A DNA stretch of 34,908 bases from Verrucomicrobiales bacterium (GCA_031411295.1 JANOAV010000183.1:1-34908); one strand, 5' to 3'; shown: positions 1-8,399, counted from the first letter of the stretch. The notes: generated from the letters alone by a model not told the origin. Made by a program: numbers and translations.

Positions 1-642
1 GTCGGGGCGAGCCGCCCCGACTCCCGTCTCTTGCGTCATGCGCAGCAGCAGCGCATTCCAACTTGCCTGATCCCGGAAGCCGGAATCCCGCAGCGGTTCC
101 GTTTCATCGATCTCCCGCCACGCGTCCATCACCGCATGGAAGCAGCTTCCGCGCACCGCGATAGTCCCGCTGTTGGCTCCCGTGCGGTGGGCGGCGGTGG
201 CCATTTCTTCGTCCGTTAGGAAGGCGTTGAAACTCCGGCCGTCGGCAGGCTTGCCGCGTTCTGGTTGGTAGCGGATATCCCAATCCCCTTCCAGTAAGTG
301 ATCGATGTTCCGCAGGGCTCGTGAATCGCAATCCACGAAGAGAATTTTGCCATACTGTTTCGGGTTCTCGATCAATTCCGCCACCCGATACTTCCAACAC
401 CACGCTTCCTCCGCGCCTTCCTGTCCTTCCATTGGCGGCGTTTCCAGATACACTTCCTCCAAGCCCTTCCGCTCCACCATGAACAATGGCATAGGGGAAT
501 TACGGAAGACAATAATGTCCCCGTAAAAAAACGTCCGCACCAGCGAGGACGCCAGCATTTTGCCCAGGAATCGGTAGCCTTCACTGTTCGGGGAATCAAA
601 GGCGATGGTGTAGATCAGGTTCTTTTTTGGTTGGCGTGCCAT
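1..642 (-). CDS. GT-A fold glycosyltransferase (GT8/GT77/GT34-like), 3'-truncated by window edge
   Basis: Hand translation from ATG at 642 is open to position 1 (214 codons): MARQPKKNLIYTIAFDSPNSEGYRFLGKMLASSL...KILFVDCDSRALRNIDHLL...GANSGTIAVRG...FRDQASWNALL. It has DxD, NSG and DQxxxN motifs. It is absent from the ORF track because no stop codon falls inside the window. Confidence 0.8.
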   Translation of the reverse strand, partial: MARQPKKNLIYTIAFDSPNSEGYRFLGKMLASSLVRTFFYGDIIVFRNSPMPLFMVERKGLEEVYLETPPMEGQEGAEEAWCWKYRVAELIENPKQYGKILFVDCDSRALRNIDHLLEGDWDIRYQPERGKPADGRSFNAFLTDEEMATAAHRTGANSGTIAVRGSCFHAVMDAWREIDETEPLRDSGFRDQASWNALLLRMTQETGVGAARPD

Positions 643-700
643 GGTTTGAATGAGTGAGTAGGTTAAGTGAGTAAATTAAAAAATAAGGGAAGTGGAGTGT

Positions 701-905
701 GGAGCAGTCCGCTGGACTGCTACCCCATACTGTCCTAGGAACATCCGCTGGAGTCCGGGCTTCAGCTCGACGGCATCCCGTAGCCGTCCTCCAGGCATCA
801 TCATACTCCTCCAGCATACCCCTGTCGGGATGAATCCCGGACTCCAGCGGGTGTTGTAGCCTAGGCGGCACTGCGTCGTAGCAGTTCTGCTGCATCGGTC
901 CAGCA
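701..905. repeat. Nested REP/REPIN-like inverted repeats
   Basis: 740-759 AACATCCGCTGGAGTCCGGG pairs with 836-855 (19/20). 714-723 GGACTGCTAC pairs with 878-887 (9/10). Local palindrome GCAGTCC-GCT-GGACTGC at 704-720. Arms begin with GGAG/GTAG as in GTAG-type REPs. Confidence 0.7.
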
Positions 906-1068
906 GACCGCGCGACACCCTTGATCAATAATTCCGAAAAATCCCTGCCCGCCCACCCATCCGTCGCGAGAACACTAGCCAAACCAGCGCGAACCGCCGC
1001 GCTAACGATGGGGTAACCTGTTGAATATGAACCAACTGCAACCATCATGAAAATAGTTTGAGAAAAGA

Positions 1069-1096
1069 TTGACGAACGTGAAGAAATTAGTAAATT
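1069..1096 (+). promoter_or_regulatory. sigma70-like promoter
   Basis: TTGACG (1069-1074), 16 nt spacer, TAAATT (1091-1096); ATG follows at 1105. Confidence 0.6.
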
Positions 1097-1117
1097 GAAG
1101 TCCTATGACACCAAACT

Positions 1118-1150
1118 ACCATAAACCCCAGAGGGGGAGGGGCTTGTCAA
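1118..1150 (-). promoter_or_regulatory. Antisense sigma70-like promoter with an over-long G/C-tract spacer
   Basis: Minus strand: perfect TTGACA (1150-1145), 21 nt spacer AGCCCCTCCCCCTCTGGGGTT, then TATGGT (1123-1118). Confidence 0.4.
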
Positions 1151-1210
1151 GACCTCCATAATTTTATTTTTCAAAATAACCTCCCGGAGCCTACGCTTTG
1201 GAATTCACAA

Positions 1211-2092
1211 TTGGGAAGGAGGCGGTTTTTAGGGAATATGGGTAAAGCTGGAGTTGGTGCCGTTGTTCTACTTCACGGGTTCAAACTAGATGTTCTTGCG
1301 TCTGTCAGCTCAGATGACTCTTATGATTACTGCACCTCTGGATTTTACTATTTCCACGAAGGTCAGGGGAGCACCGGCGGAGATGACGTAACTGTGGCTT
1401 TTAATCTTAAGGTGAATACAGACACACTGACAGGTATTGGGCTCGGTCTTTTAGACAAGCTTTTGGCTCATCTGGGTCTTCCGACCGACAATTCGGGCAA
1501 ACCAGGTGAGGCCAAAATCTCCATCACTACGCACCCGGGAAATCAGTCCAGTGCAGGTGTGAATGATGGTAACCAGTATCAATTGTCCAATCTTTCCGCT
1601 ACCGGATCAATTAGTCTTAACCCCGGAATAACTATACCTACATCAACTTCGGTTACCGCCAATGGGGTGTCCCGCTCCGGCACAATAAATGACCCCTCAT
1701 GGGATGATAGGGAACCCATTACGGATGACCACAACCTTACCTACACCCCTTCAACCCCAGTGGAAGGCTATGAAACTGCTGCGGGCGCGACAGCTGGTGC
1801 TGACGGGGTCCGGGTCACATGCGCCACAACCAGAAATTCAGTTACTGGAAAGGTAATACTGAAAAAAACATTCTCAGAGACCGAGGTTAAATTCTCGGTT
1901 GGGGGCCAAGAATATACAGCTAAATTCAAATATGCGGATATCAGTGTAGAAACAGAAACATCTCATAGTTGGGATCTTCATGTAAAAAAGAGCACAACCT
2001 ATTGGAGAAGACCAAAAGGAGGAACCAAAGCCCAGTGGGTGAAGGATCCTACTCGTAGCATTAACCCAGTAGTAACTGATGTTTCTTCTTAG
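1211..2092 (+). CDS. Tat-exported Ser/Thr/Gly-rich, beta-rich hypothetical protein; true start probably ATG 1105 in another frame
   Basis: GRRRFLG twin-arginine motif, hydrophobic stretch and VLA cleavage site. The listed start is TTG; the frame stays open back to 1109 with no ATG. Confidence 0.75.
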   Translation: MGRRRFLGNMGKAGVGAVVLLHGFKLDVLASVSSDDSYDYCTSGFYYFHEGQGSTGGDDVTVAFNLKVNTDTLTGIGLGLLDKLLAHLGLPTDNSGKPGEAKISITTHPGNQSSAGVNDGNQYQLSNLSATGSISLNPGITIPTSTSVTANGVSRSGTINDPSWDDREPITDDHNLTYTPSTPVEGYETAAGATAGADGVRVTCATTRNSVTGKVILKKTFSETEVKFSVGGQEYTAKFKYADISVETETSHSWDLHVKKSTTYWRRPKGGTKAQWVKDPTRSINPVVTDVSS

Positions 2093-3029
2093 GTTTTTAG
2101 TTGCCTGCGTTTGGGGCGTGCTAGTGGGTTGTAGAGAAGAAGTTTCACAACCGCGCCATGTCGCGCCAGTAGCCCAAGCCGCGCCTGCGGTCAATTCCGG
2201 GCAGCCAACACCGCCGGTTCACGCTAATGTGCCGGACGCCACTTATGCACATGGATTCTCACTTGTGGAGTTTAAACGTGAGCTAGAAAGCGTTGGCAGT
2301 GGAGCGAAGCGCAATGAGTTACTACGATCACTCGTCAGTTCATTGACTAGCGAGGAGTTGCTGAATATGATAGTCAGTAATGAAGCGCTTTTTTCAAGGC
2401 AGGATTTAGCAGGGACGGAGATGCTAGCTACCCAGATCAGCAAGTGTGACCCGATGATTTCCCTGTCGCTGGTTCAACAATTAAAGAATAGAGAAATGCG
2501 CCAATTTCTTTTTGATTCGATGGCTACGTCTTTGTCAAAAGCTTCCGTAAACGACGTCTTAAAAATAAGTGAATCCATTGCTTCTCCAGATGTAATCGCT
2601 CAGTTTTATACCAGTGTCGCTCAGATGAAAACAAGTGTAGACTTTTCGTCAGCTGCACAGGAAATTTCGCAGTTGAGATCCACCCTCTTAGCGAAACAAC
2701 ACGTCGATCCTCTGGGTTTAGCCAATAGCTTCGTTTTTGATTCCGTTGCAAAATTATCAGAGTCCCAAATCGGTGCAGCATACCTCCAGCTAGATCAGGT
2801 TACAGATTTAGTTGTGCGAAAAAAACTCTCACAAGGTATGATTAATGCCTATTTTCAAAGGGACAGTCTCGCTGCAACGGAATGGTTGAATAATCAACCG
2901 CCGAGCACAGATAAGCTTAATGCGATAAGCGCGCTCATACCACTGCTGAAGCTACAGGGAGAAAATGAGGCTGTCGGTGCATGGGAGTCGGAAGCTCAGC
3001 GCATAAGTTCTTCGGTAAAGCAGAAGTAG
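2079..3029 (+). CDS. Lipoprotein, alpha-helical repeat protein of PVC type
   Basis: Lipobox LVG-C18, Pro/Ala linker, helical body with DSLAATEWL-type repeat; overlaps the upstream gene by 14 nt. Confidence 0.75.
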   Translation: MFLLRFLVACVWGVLVGCREEVSQPRHVAPVAQAAPAVNSGQPTPPVHANVPDATYAHGFSLVEFKRELESVGSGAKRNELLRSLVSSLTSEELLNMIVSNEALFSRQDLAGTEMLATQISKCDPMISLSLVQQLKNREMRQFLFDSMATSLSKASVNDVLKISESIASPDVIAQFYTSVAQMKTSVDFSSAAQEISQLRSTLLAKQHVDPLGLANSFVFDSVAKLSESQIGAAYLQLDQVTDLVVRKKLSQGMINAYFQRDSLAATEWLNNQPPSTDKLNAISALIPLLKLQGENEAVGAWESEAQRISSSVKQK

Positions 3030-3116
3030 TTAGGGAATTAGCCGCATTTCTATTTCTAAAGTGCTCAGCAAAATAGCGGTAATGAAGTCCTCAGTTAATC
3101 TTAGTCCGATAGTCCT

Positions 3117-4742
3117 GTGCCTTTTTCAGTAAATATACTTAGCTTGCCGAAATACTGCATTAATTTGACTCGACGGCTAGATCGCAAAGTCATCGCATGG
3201 AATCAGTTCCGTGCCGCGCACCTACAGGTGGCACGGCTCGCAGCTCCAGACGCGTTTGCAGTTGAGGAAGCTCGTGGCTGGAGGAGTAAGGGGGCTAGGG
3301 CGTGTGCTGTGGCGCATCGCTTGGCTTGGCGCGCAGCAAAGCTTGCAGGTGCAGAGGCGGTGTGGGTATTTGAAGATGACTCTGTAATTTGTCCTGATTT
3401 TCAAGATCGTTTTGCTGCATTGTTGATTCCAGACGATTGGCAGATGATTTATCTGGGATGCACCTTTGTCGATCAACCAGAGCCGATTTCCCCTACATTA
3501 GTCCGTGTGCAGGGTCGCATTTGGGAAACCCATGCGATGATCGTGCGGGCACCGGCCTTTGCCGAATTGAATCGGATTATGGCACCCTTTAGCAGGAGGA
3601 ATCGACCTCCGAGCGATTACCCACAGGACCATGTGGCGATTGATAATTTGCTGGTGGAGTTTCATCGGAGACATCCGGTATATGCGGCTTATCCGGCACT
3701 GGCTTGGCAAAGCGAAGGAAGTTCTGATATTGATGGCACTCGAAAGCGCATGTGGAGTGCGCAGGGACGCCAATTATGTTTTCCTGAGATCATGGCAAAG
3801 CTGGATGCAGAAATCGCCCAACGCTGGCCGGACCATGCCGCGCTCAGGCCAAACCTTACGCTGGCCCAGCCGCAACCTATGGTGGCACTGCCCGAACTGC
3901 AGAATGCCGCCAAGTTGGTGCCGCAGAAATTTCCAGTGGCTCCCACGCCCATGTCCGTGGACAAACCAAACCCGGTTTTGCCTGTGAAGCCTGGCTCAAA
4001 GCTAAATCCTAGCACGTTCGGGGCCTTGCGGCTGGCGGACCTGCCCATGTATTGCTTGAACCTGCCACGAAGGCCAGATCGTAAACTGCGCGCTTGGGGA
4101 GCGTTTCGGAAGCATGGATTGAAGGTCGAGCGTGTTTCCGCGCTGGATGCGAGCGGTGTGACGGACGGACGAGGATTCATTAATGCAGGACACCGCGCCT
4201 GCTCGACCGGTCATCGTCTGGCGTGGCGCAAGGGACGTCAGGCTGGCGCCTCCGGGGTCATCGTGTTTGAAGATGATGTGTTGCTCTGCCCTGATTTCGG
4301 CCAACGGTTGCGGGATCTCGAACTCCCGGATGATTGGGCTGTGTTCTACTTTGGCTGCTTGTTTCAATCCCCAGGACCTATCTTGATGGAACGCGGCATC
4401 CTCAAAATCCAAGCTCTCACCCATGACGCCCATGCCTATGCGGTGCGAGCCGAGGTCTGGCCGCACTGGAATCGGGCACTGGCGAAGCTTTCCCACAAAC
4501 GGGGACATCCTGACTTCCCAACCCCGACTGCCAGTGATGTTGTGAAATCCTCGTTTTTCCAAGAATTCCCCATGTATTCCATCTGGCCTCCCATGGCGTG
4601 GCAGCAAAGTGGGATCTCCAACAATACTCGCCAGCAGAAGGCAAATTATCGCTTGGACGGACGACAACTCTGGCAGACCGAAGCCATCGAGCATTTGCCG
4701 TGGCCTGCGGGTAATGCAAATTCCACCTCCAACGCATCATGA
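3117..4742 (+). CDS. Glycosyltransferase family 25, two tandem domains
   Basis: Two copies of YCxNLxRRxDRK...C...HRLAW...VFEDD...YxG...HA...PxxAWQ joined by a Pro-rich linker. Confidence 0.85.
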   Translation: MPFSVNILSLPKYCINLTRRLDRKVIAWNQFRAAHLQVARLAAPDAFAVEEARGWRSKGARACAVAHRLAWRAAKLAGAEAVWVFEDDSVICPDFQDRFAALLIPDDWQMIYLGCTFVDQPEPISPTLVRVQGRIWETHAMIVRAPAFAELNRIMAPFSRRNRPPSDYPQDHVAIDNLLVEFHRRHPVYAAYPALAWQSEGSSDIDGTRKRMWSAQGRQLCFPEIMAKLDAEIAQRWPDHAALRPNLTLAQPQPMVALPELQNAAKLVPQKFPVAPTPMSVDKPNPVLPVKPGSKLNPSTFGALRLADLPMYCLNLPRRPDRKLRAWGAFRKHGLKVERVSALDASGVTDGRGFINAGHRACSTGHRLAWRKGRQAGASGVIVFEDDVLLCPDFGQRLRDLELPDDWAVFYFGCLFQSPGPILMERGILKIQALTHDAHAYAVRAEVWPHWNRALAKLSHKRGHPDFPTPTASDVVKSSFFQEFPMYSIWPPMAWQQSGISNNTRQQKANYRLDGRQLWQTEAIEHLPWPAGNANSTSNAS

Positions 4743-5701
4743 ACTTTCCACTCATTCCAGTCCTAGTAGTTACGACCACGTTAGCGGTCGTTGGCGCCTG
4801 GTGGTTGTTAAAAGCTCCGGCCCCCAAGCCTGACGAGTCAGCCGCGCCAGTGCACGCGACCAGCAAAGCGAAAACCATTGCGGTGCAAAAAGCGGAAGAG
4901 CCCATCAAGTTGGTCGCTGATGCCACGGGGTTAAGTCCGGCGGAGTTCTCCCGGATGATGCAAAACTTAGTGGATGATGCTAGCACGGAAGAGCGGAAGG
5001 CGGCCCAGGCAGGACTAACCGCGACGTGCAATTTGGAACAGGCCGTGGTTTTCTACAGCGCGGCCAGGCTGAAGGTGAAGGGTAAGGTTGATCCAGGGGC
5101 TCTAAGAGGGTTTTTGGGGGCTATGGGTGGCCGTTTCAGGGCGATTGCTATGGCCGAGTTTCTGAAACAACATCCCAAGGGAGATGTGGCCATGGATTCC
5201 ATCCTTCACGGGTGGGCGAAGGTGCAGTCTCAGGAAGCACTCAATTGGTTCCAGTCGCTGCCAGAAACATTTCCTTCCCGTCAGGCGATGTTGCAAGCAG
5301 TGCTCTGGGGGATGTCCACTGCGAATGCCAAAAATGGCTTAGCCGCTTACAGGACGATGTCTGTCGCTGATCAGAATTCAACGTCCGCAATCTACGGGCT
5401 GAGCAATGGTCTCGTGCAAAATAGCGGCCTCCAAGGGCTGAATCTGTTGCTGGCAGAGGTCAATGATCCGCTGGTTTTTACCAAGATTCTACAAGCTTCC
5501 TTGGGAAGGGCCTCGAAACAACCGCCCGAGCTGTTCGTGCCCTGGATGGCAGATTATGTGGAGCTGGACGCAAAACTTGCTGAGAGTTGGCAGGCCGCAG
5601 CCAAGGAATGGCAAAGCAAGGCGCCTGACAAATTTGCGGAGTGGTTCCGTGAAGGTAAATCAAGGCTGCCACCGGCCCTACAACAGGCCTTAGCCCTGTA
5701 A
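4739..5701 (+). CDS. Membrane-anchored alpha-helical repeat protein of PVC type
   Basis: N-terminal TM helix; repeats GWAKVQSQEALNWF and WQSKAPDKFAEWF; ATGA overlap with the GT25 gene. Confidence 0.75.
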   Translation: MNFPLIPVLVVTTTLAVVGAWWLLKAPAPKPDESAAPVHATSKAKTIAVQKAEEPIKLVADATGLSPAEFSRMMQNLVDDASTEERKAAQAGLTATCNLEQAVVFYSAARLKVKGKVDPGALRGFLGAMGGRFRAIAMAEFLKQHPKGDVAMDSILHGWAKVQSQEALNWFQSLPETFPSRQAMLQAVLWGMSTANAKNGLAAYRTMSVADQNSTSAIYGLSNGLVQNSGLQGLNLLLAEVNDPLVFTKILQASLGRASKQPPELFVPWMADYVELDAKLAESWQAAAKEWQSKAPDKFAEWFREGKSRLPPALQQALAL

Positions 5702-5705
5702 GTCT

Positions 5706-6644
5706 ATGCCTTCACTGCACTACGGTTGGTTAAGCCGAGAGCCACGGATCCTTTATCAGATCTTGCTCCCGAATCTTGATATTGGACGGTGGTTAACTGG
5801 GCCAGGAGTTGTCCGAATCTGTCAGCCGTGGTGGCATACGAAGCGTGACGAGGTGCTGAATTTTATTGCTGAAGCGAGCGCGCTTAGACCCCAGGACACG
5901 TTCATCATCCTGCTTAATGAGCCTAAGGTTGTGGTGGAGTTGAAGGCTTTGGGCGTGCCCGCGTATTTCATTCATCAGAACGCGTTTATCGATGAAGCGG
6001 TGTTTCGGCCCAATGCGGAGGTAACACCGATCTACGATGCCGTAATGACCGCCAGGTTAAGTCGATTTAAACGTCATCAACTGGCTAAATTGGTGCCTAA
6101 GTTGTTACTGGTTTCTGCGGTAGTGTGTGCGGCAGACGAACTCGCCTACGGCAAGGAACTGAGGGACATGATGCCGCAAGCGGTCATTACGGGAGAGCAA
6201 ACTCGTTATCATTACGGTCCCGCCATGGTGCGGCTGCTCAATGAAGCCAAGGTGGGGCTGATACTTTCTGCCGTGGAGGGCGGCAACTATGCCACGACTG
6301 AATACCTGCTCTGCGGGCTGCCCGTGGTCTCGACGGGCAATTTAGGGGGACGCAACGAGTGGCTTGACCCAGAGTTCTGTCGCATCGTGCCTCCTGATGA
6401 ACAATGCGTGGCCGCAGCGGTGAAGGAGTTGATAAGCCGACGGATTCCGCCTCAGGAAATTCGCGAACGCACGTTGGCCAAGATGACCGAGCATCGGGCG
6501 AAGTTCTGCGAACTTGGACAAGAGATCTATGGTGCCGCTGGTGCGGGGCGAGACTTCGCGCGTGATTTCTATGCCGAATTTAAGCCAAAGCTGGGAAAAT
6601 GGGGTGACGCATCGAAGGTGATGGAACTATTCGATGATCCCTAG
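5706..6644 (+). CDS. Glycosyltransferase family 4 (GT-B)
   Basis: ARLSRFKR and LSAVEGGNYATTEYLLCGLPVV (E-X7-E) motifs. Confidence 0.85.
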   Translation: MPSLHYGWLSREPRILYQILLPNLDIGRWLTGPGVVRICQPWWHTKRDEVLNFIAEASALRPQDTFIILLNEPKVVVELKALGVPAYFIHQNAFIDEAVFRPNAEVTPIYDAVMTARLSRFKRHQLAKLVPKLLLVSAVVCAADELAYGKELRDMMPQAVITGEQTRYHYGPAMVRLLNEAKVGLILSAVEGGNYATTEYLLCGLPVVSTGNLGGRNEWLDPEFCRIVPPDEQCVAAAVKELISRRIPPQEIRERTLAKMTEHRAKFCELGQEIYGAAGAGRDFARDFYAEFKPKLGKWGDASKVMELFDDP

Positions 6645-6721
6645 AGTAAATGGACGGGCTAGTCATAGCGCGTCAACTTTCAACTTGGCTCATAAATCGG
6701 GTGCCACCTCGCCCACCACAC

Positions 6722-7210
6722 CTAAGGTAACTGGCTTTGGGTCGCGAGCACATCGGCGGATTGATTGCTACGGAAGGCATGAAGTTTCTCCGCCAGGGTG
6801 GCATCATTGACCGCCAACTGGGCCACCGCAAACAAGGCTGCGTTGATGGCGCCAGCCTTACCGATGGCGAACGTGGCCACGGGAATGCCAGCGGGCATTT
6901 GCACGATGCTGTGCAGCGAGTCCACCCCGCTGAGCGCTTTGCTTTGCACGGGCACGCCCAACACTGGCAACGTTGTGAAGGCGGCAGTCATGCCGGGAAG
7001 ATGGGCCGCGCCCCCGGCCCCGGCAATGATGCATTTGAGTCCGCGGCCCGCAGCGGATTTCGCATACTCCGCCATGAGGTCGGGCGTGCGGTGAGCGCTG
7101 ACGACCTTGGTCTCATGCGGCACCCCGAAATCCGTTAGGATGGCGGCAGCGTGTTGCATGGTATCCCAGTCGGAGATGCTCCCCATAATGATGCCTACGT
7201 GTGCTGACAT
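6722..7210 (-). CDS. purE: N5-carboxyaminoimidazole ribonucleotide mutase
   Basis: IIMGSx[20 protein letters not shown] and [12 protein letters not shown] motifs. Confidence 0.97.
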   Translation of the reverse strand: MSAHVGIIMGSISDWDTMQHAAAILTDFGVPHETKVVSAHRTPDLMAEYAKSAAGRGLKCIIAGAGGAAHLPGMTAAFTTLPVLGVPVQSKALSGVDSLHSIVQMPAGIPVATFAIGKAGAINAALFAVAQLAVNDATLAEKLHAFRSNQSADVLATQSQLP

Positions 7211-7228
7211 ATGTTTGCGGAGTAAAAT

Positions 7229-8161
7229 TTAGCCTTCAAGACTGGCGAGATAACGTTCCGCCTCGATGGCCGCTCCGCAGCCCATGCCAGCGGCGGTAAT
7301 GGCTTGCCGGTAAACTTTGTCCGCGCAATCGCCCGCCACGTAAACGCCCGGCACGTTGGTGGCGGTGCCTTGGACGGGGATGATGTAGCCTGCGTCGTCC
7401 ATGTTGATGACTCCCTTGAAGAGTTGCGTGTTAGGCACGTGCCCGATAGCCACGAACACGCCTGTGCAGTCCAGCGTGCTCTCCTCGCCTGTGACGTTGT
7501 TTTTGATTCTCACCCCTGTGACGTCGTCCTTGGAAACGTCCAAAATTTCCGTGACTTCCGAGTTCCAGATCGGCTTGATCTTCGGGTTCGCCAGCGTGCG
7601 GTCGGCCATGATTTTCGAGGCCCGCAGCGTGTCCCGACGATGGATCAGATAGACTTCGGAACCGAAGCGCGTCAGGAAATTCGCCTCTTCACAGGCGGTA
7701 TCGCCTCCACCGACCACGACGAGTGGCTTGTTGCGGAAGCGGGGGAAAGCGCCATCACACGTCGCGCAGAAGGTGACACCCTTGTTCTCCAACAGATGCT
7801 CGCTCTCCACGCCCAGATGCTTGTGGCCCGCGCCCGTGGCGATGATCAGCGTCTTCGTTTCCAGTGGCGCACCGTCCACCGTGAGAGTGATTTTGCCATC
7901 GGCAAAACTTACGCCCTCCACCATGCTGCCGAACTGCACTTTCGTGCCGAACTTCTCCGCCTGCTGTTGCATGCGCGTCATGAGTTCGAAGCCGTCAATG
8001 CCCTCGGGGAATCCGGGGAAATTTTCCACCACTGTGGTCGTAGTCAGCAGACCACCGGGCATGTTTCCCGTGATGACCACGGGGTTCAGGTTAGCGCGGG
8101 CGGTATAGAGCGCAGCGGTCCATCCAGCGCAGCCGGAGCCAATGATAACGACGTTTTCCAT
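7229..8161 (-). CDS. trxB: Thioredoxin reductase
   Basis: Start reassigned to MENVVIIGSG at 8161; CATCDG redox motif, GGGDTA, YRQAITAAG. Confidence 0.96.
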   Translation of the reverse strand: MENVVIIGSGCAGWTAALYTARANLNPVVITGNMPGGLLTTTTVVENFPGFPEGIDGFELMTRMQQQAEKFGTKVQFGSMVEGVSFADGKITLTVDGAPLETKTLIIATGAGHKHLGVESEHLLENKGVTFCATCDGAFPRFRNKPLVVVGGGDTACEEANFLTRFGSEVYLIHRRDTLRASKIMADRTLANPKIKPIWNSEVTEILDVSKDDVTGVRIKNNVTGEESTLDCTGVFVAIGHVPNTQLFKGVINMDDAGYIIPVQGTATNVPGVYVAGDCADKVYRQAITAAGMGCGAAIEAERYLASLEG

Positions 8162-8201
8162 GGAGGTAAAATTTAGAATGAGTGAGGGTTGAGAGAACCG
8201 C

Positions 8202-8229
8202 AGTATGGAGCGCCCCGGCAGAGCGTCAA
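8202..8229 (-). promoter_or_regulatory. sigma70-like promoter of trxB-purE
   Basis: Minus strand TTGACG, 16 nt spacer, CATACT; lies inside the longer ORF-track extension, supporting the 8161 start. Confidence 0.55.
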
Positions 8230-8317
8230 GAGGCGGGATGGTTGGAAACGGATTGCGGGTGCAACGTCTCACCCGAGTGGAGGACTGCGTTGCTGGCACC
8301 TCTCGAAAGGCCCCTGC

Positions 8318-8399
8318 GTGGAGGGCGAGGTTACGAGACCAGCACTGCGCTGAGCCGGGTCCTCCAGTATGTTCCCGGTCTCCTGACGTCGCCCTCCAC
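8318..8399. repeat. REPIN-like inverted repeat
   Basis: GTGGAGGGCGAGGTTACGAGACC (8318-8340) matches the reverse complement of 8377-8399 at 20/23. Confidence 0.65.

Noticed and set aside
596..1048. 150-aa minus-strand ORF
   Set aside because: Runs through the REP-like hairpins, has no recognisable motif and overlaps the start of the real GT gene in another frame.
7304..8176. 290-aa plus-strand ORF
   Set aside because: Antisense shadow of trxB.
8162..8299. 46-aa N-terminal extension of TrxB in the ORF track
   Set aside because: TrxB homology starts at MENVVIIG and a promoter-like motif lies within the extension.
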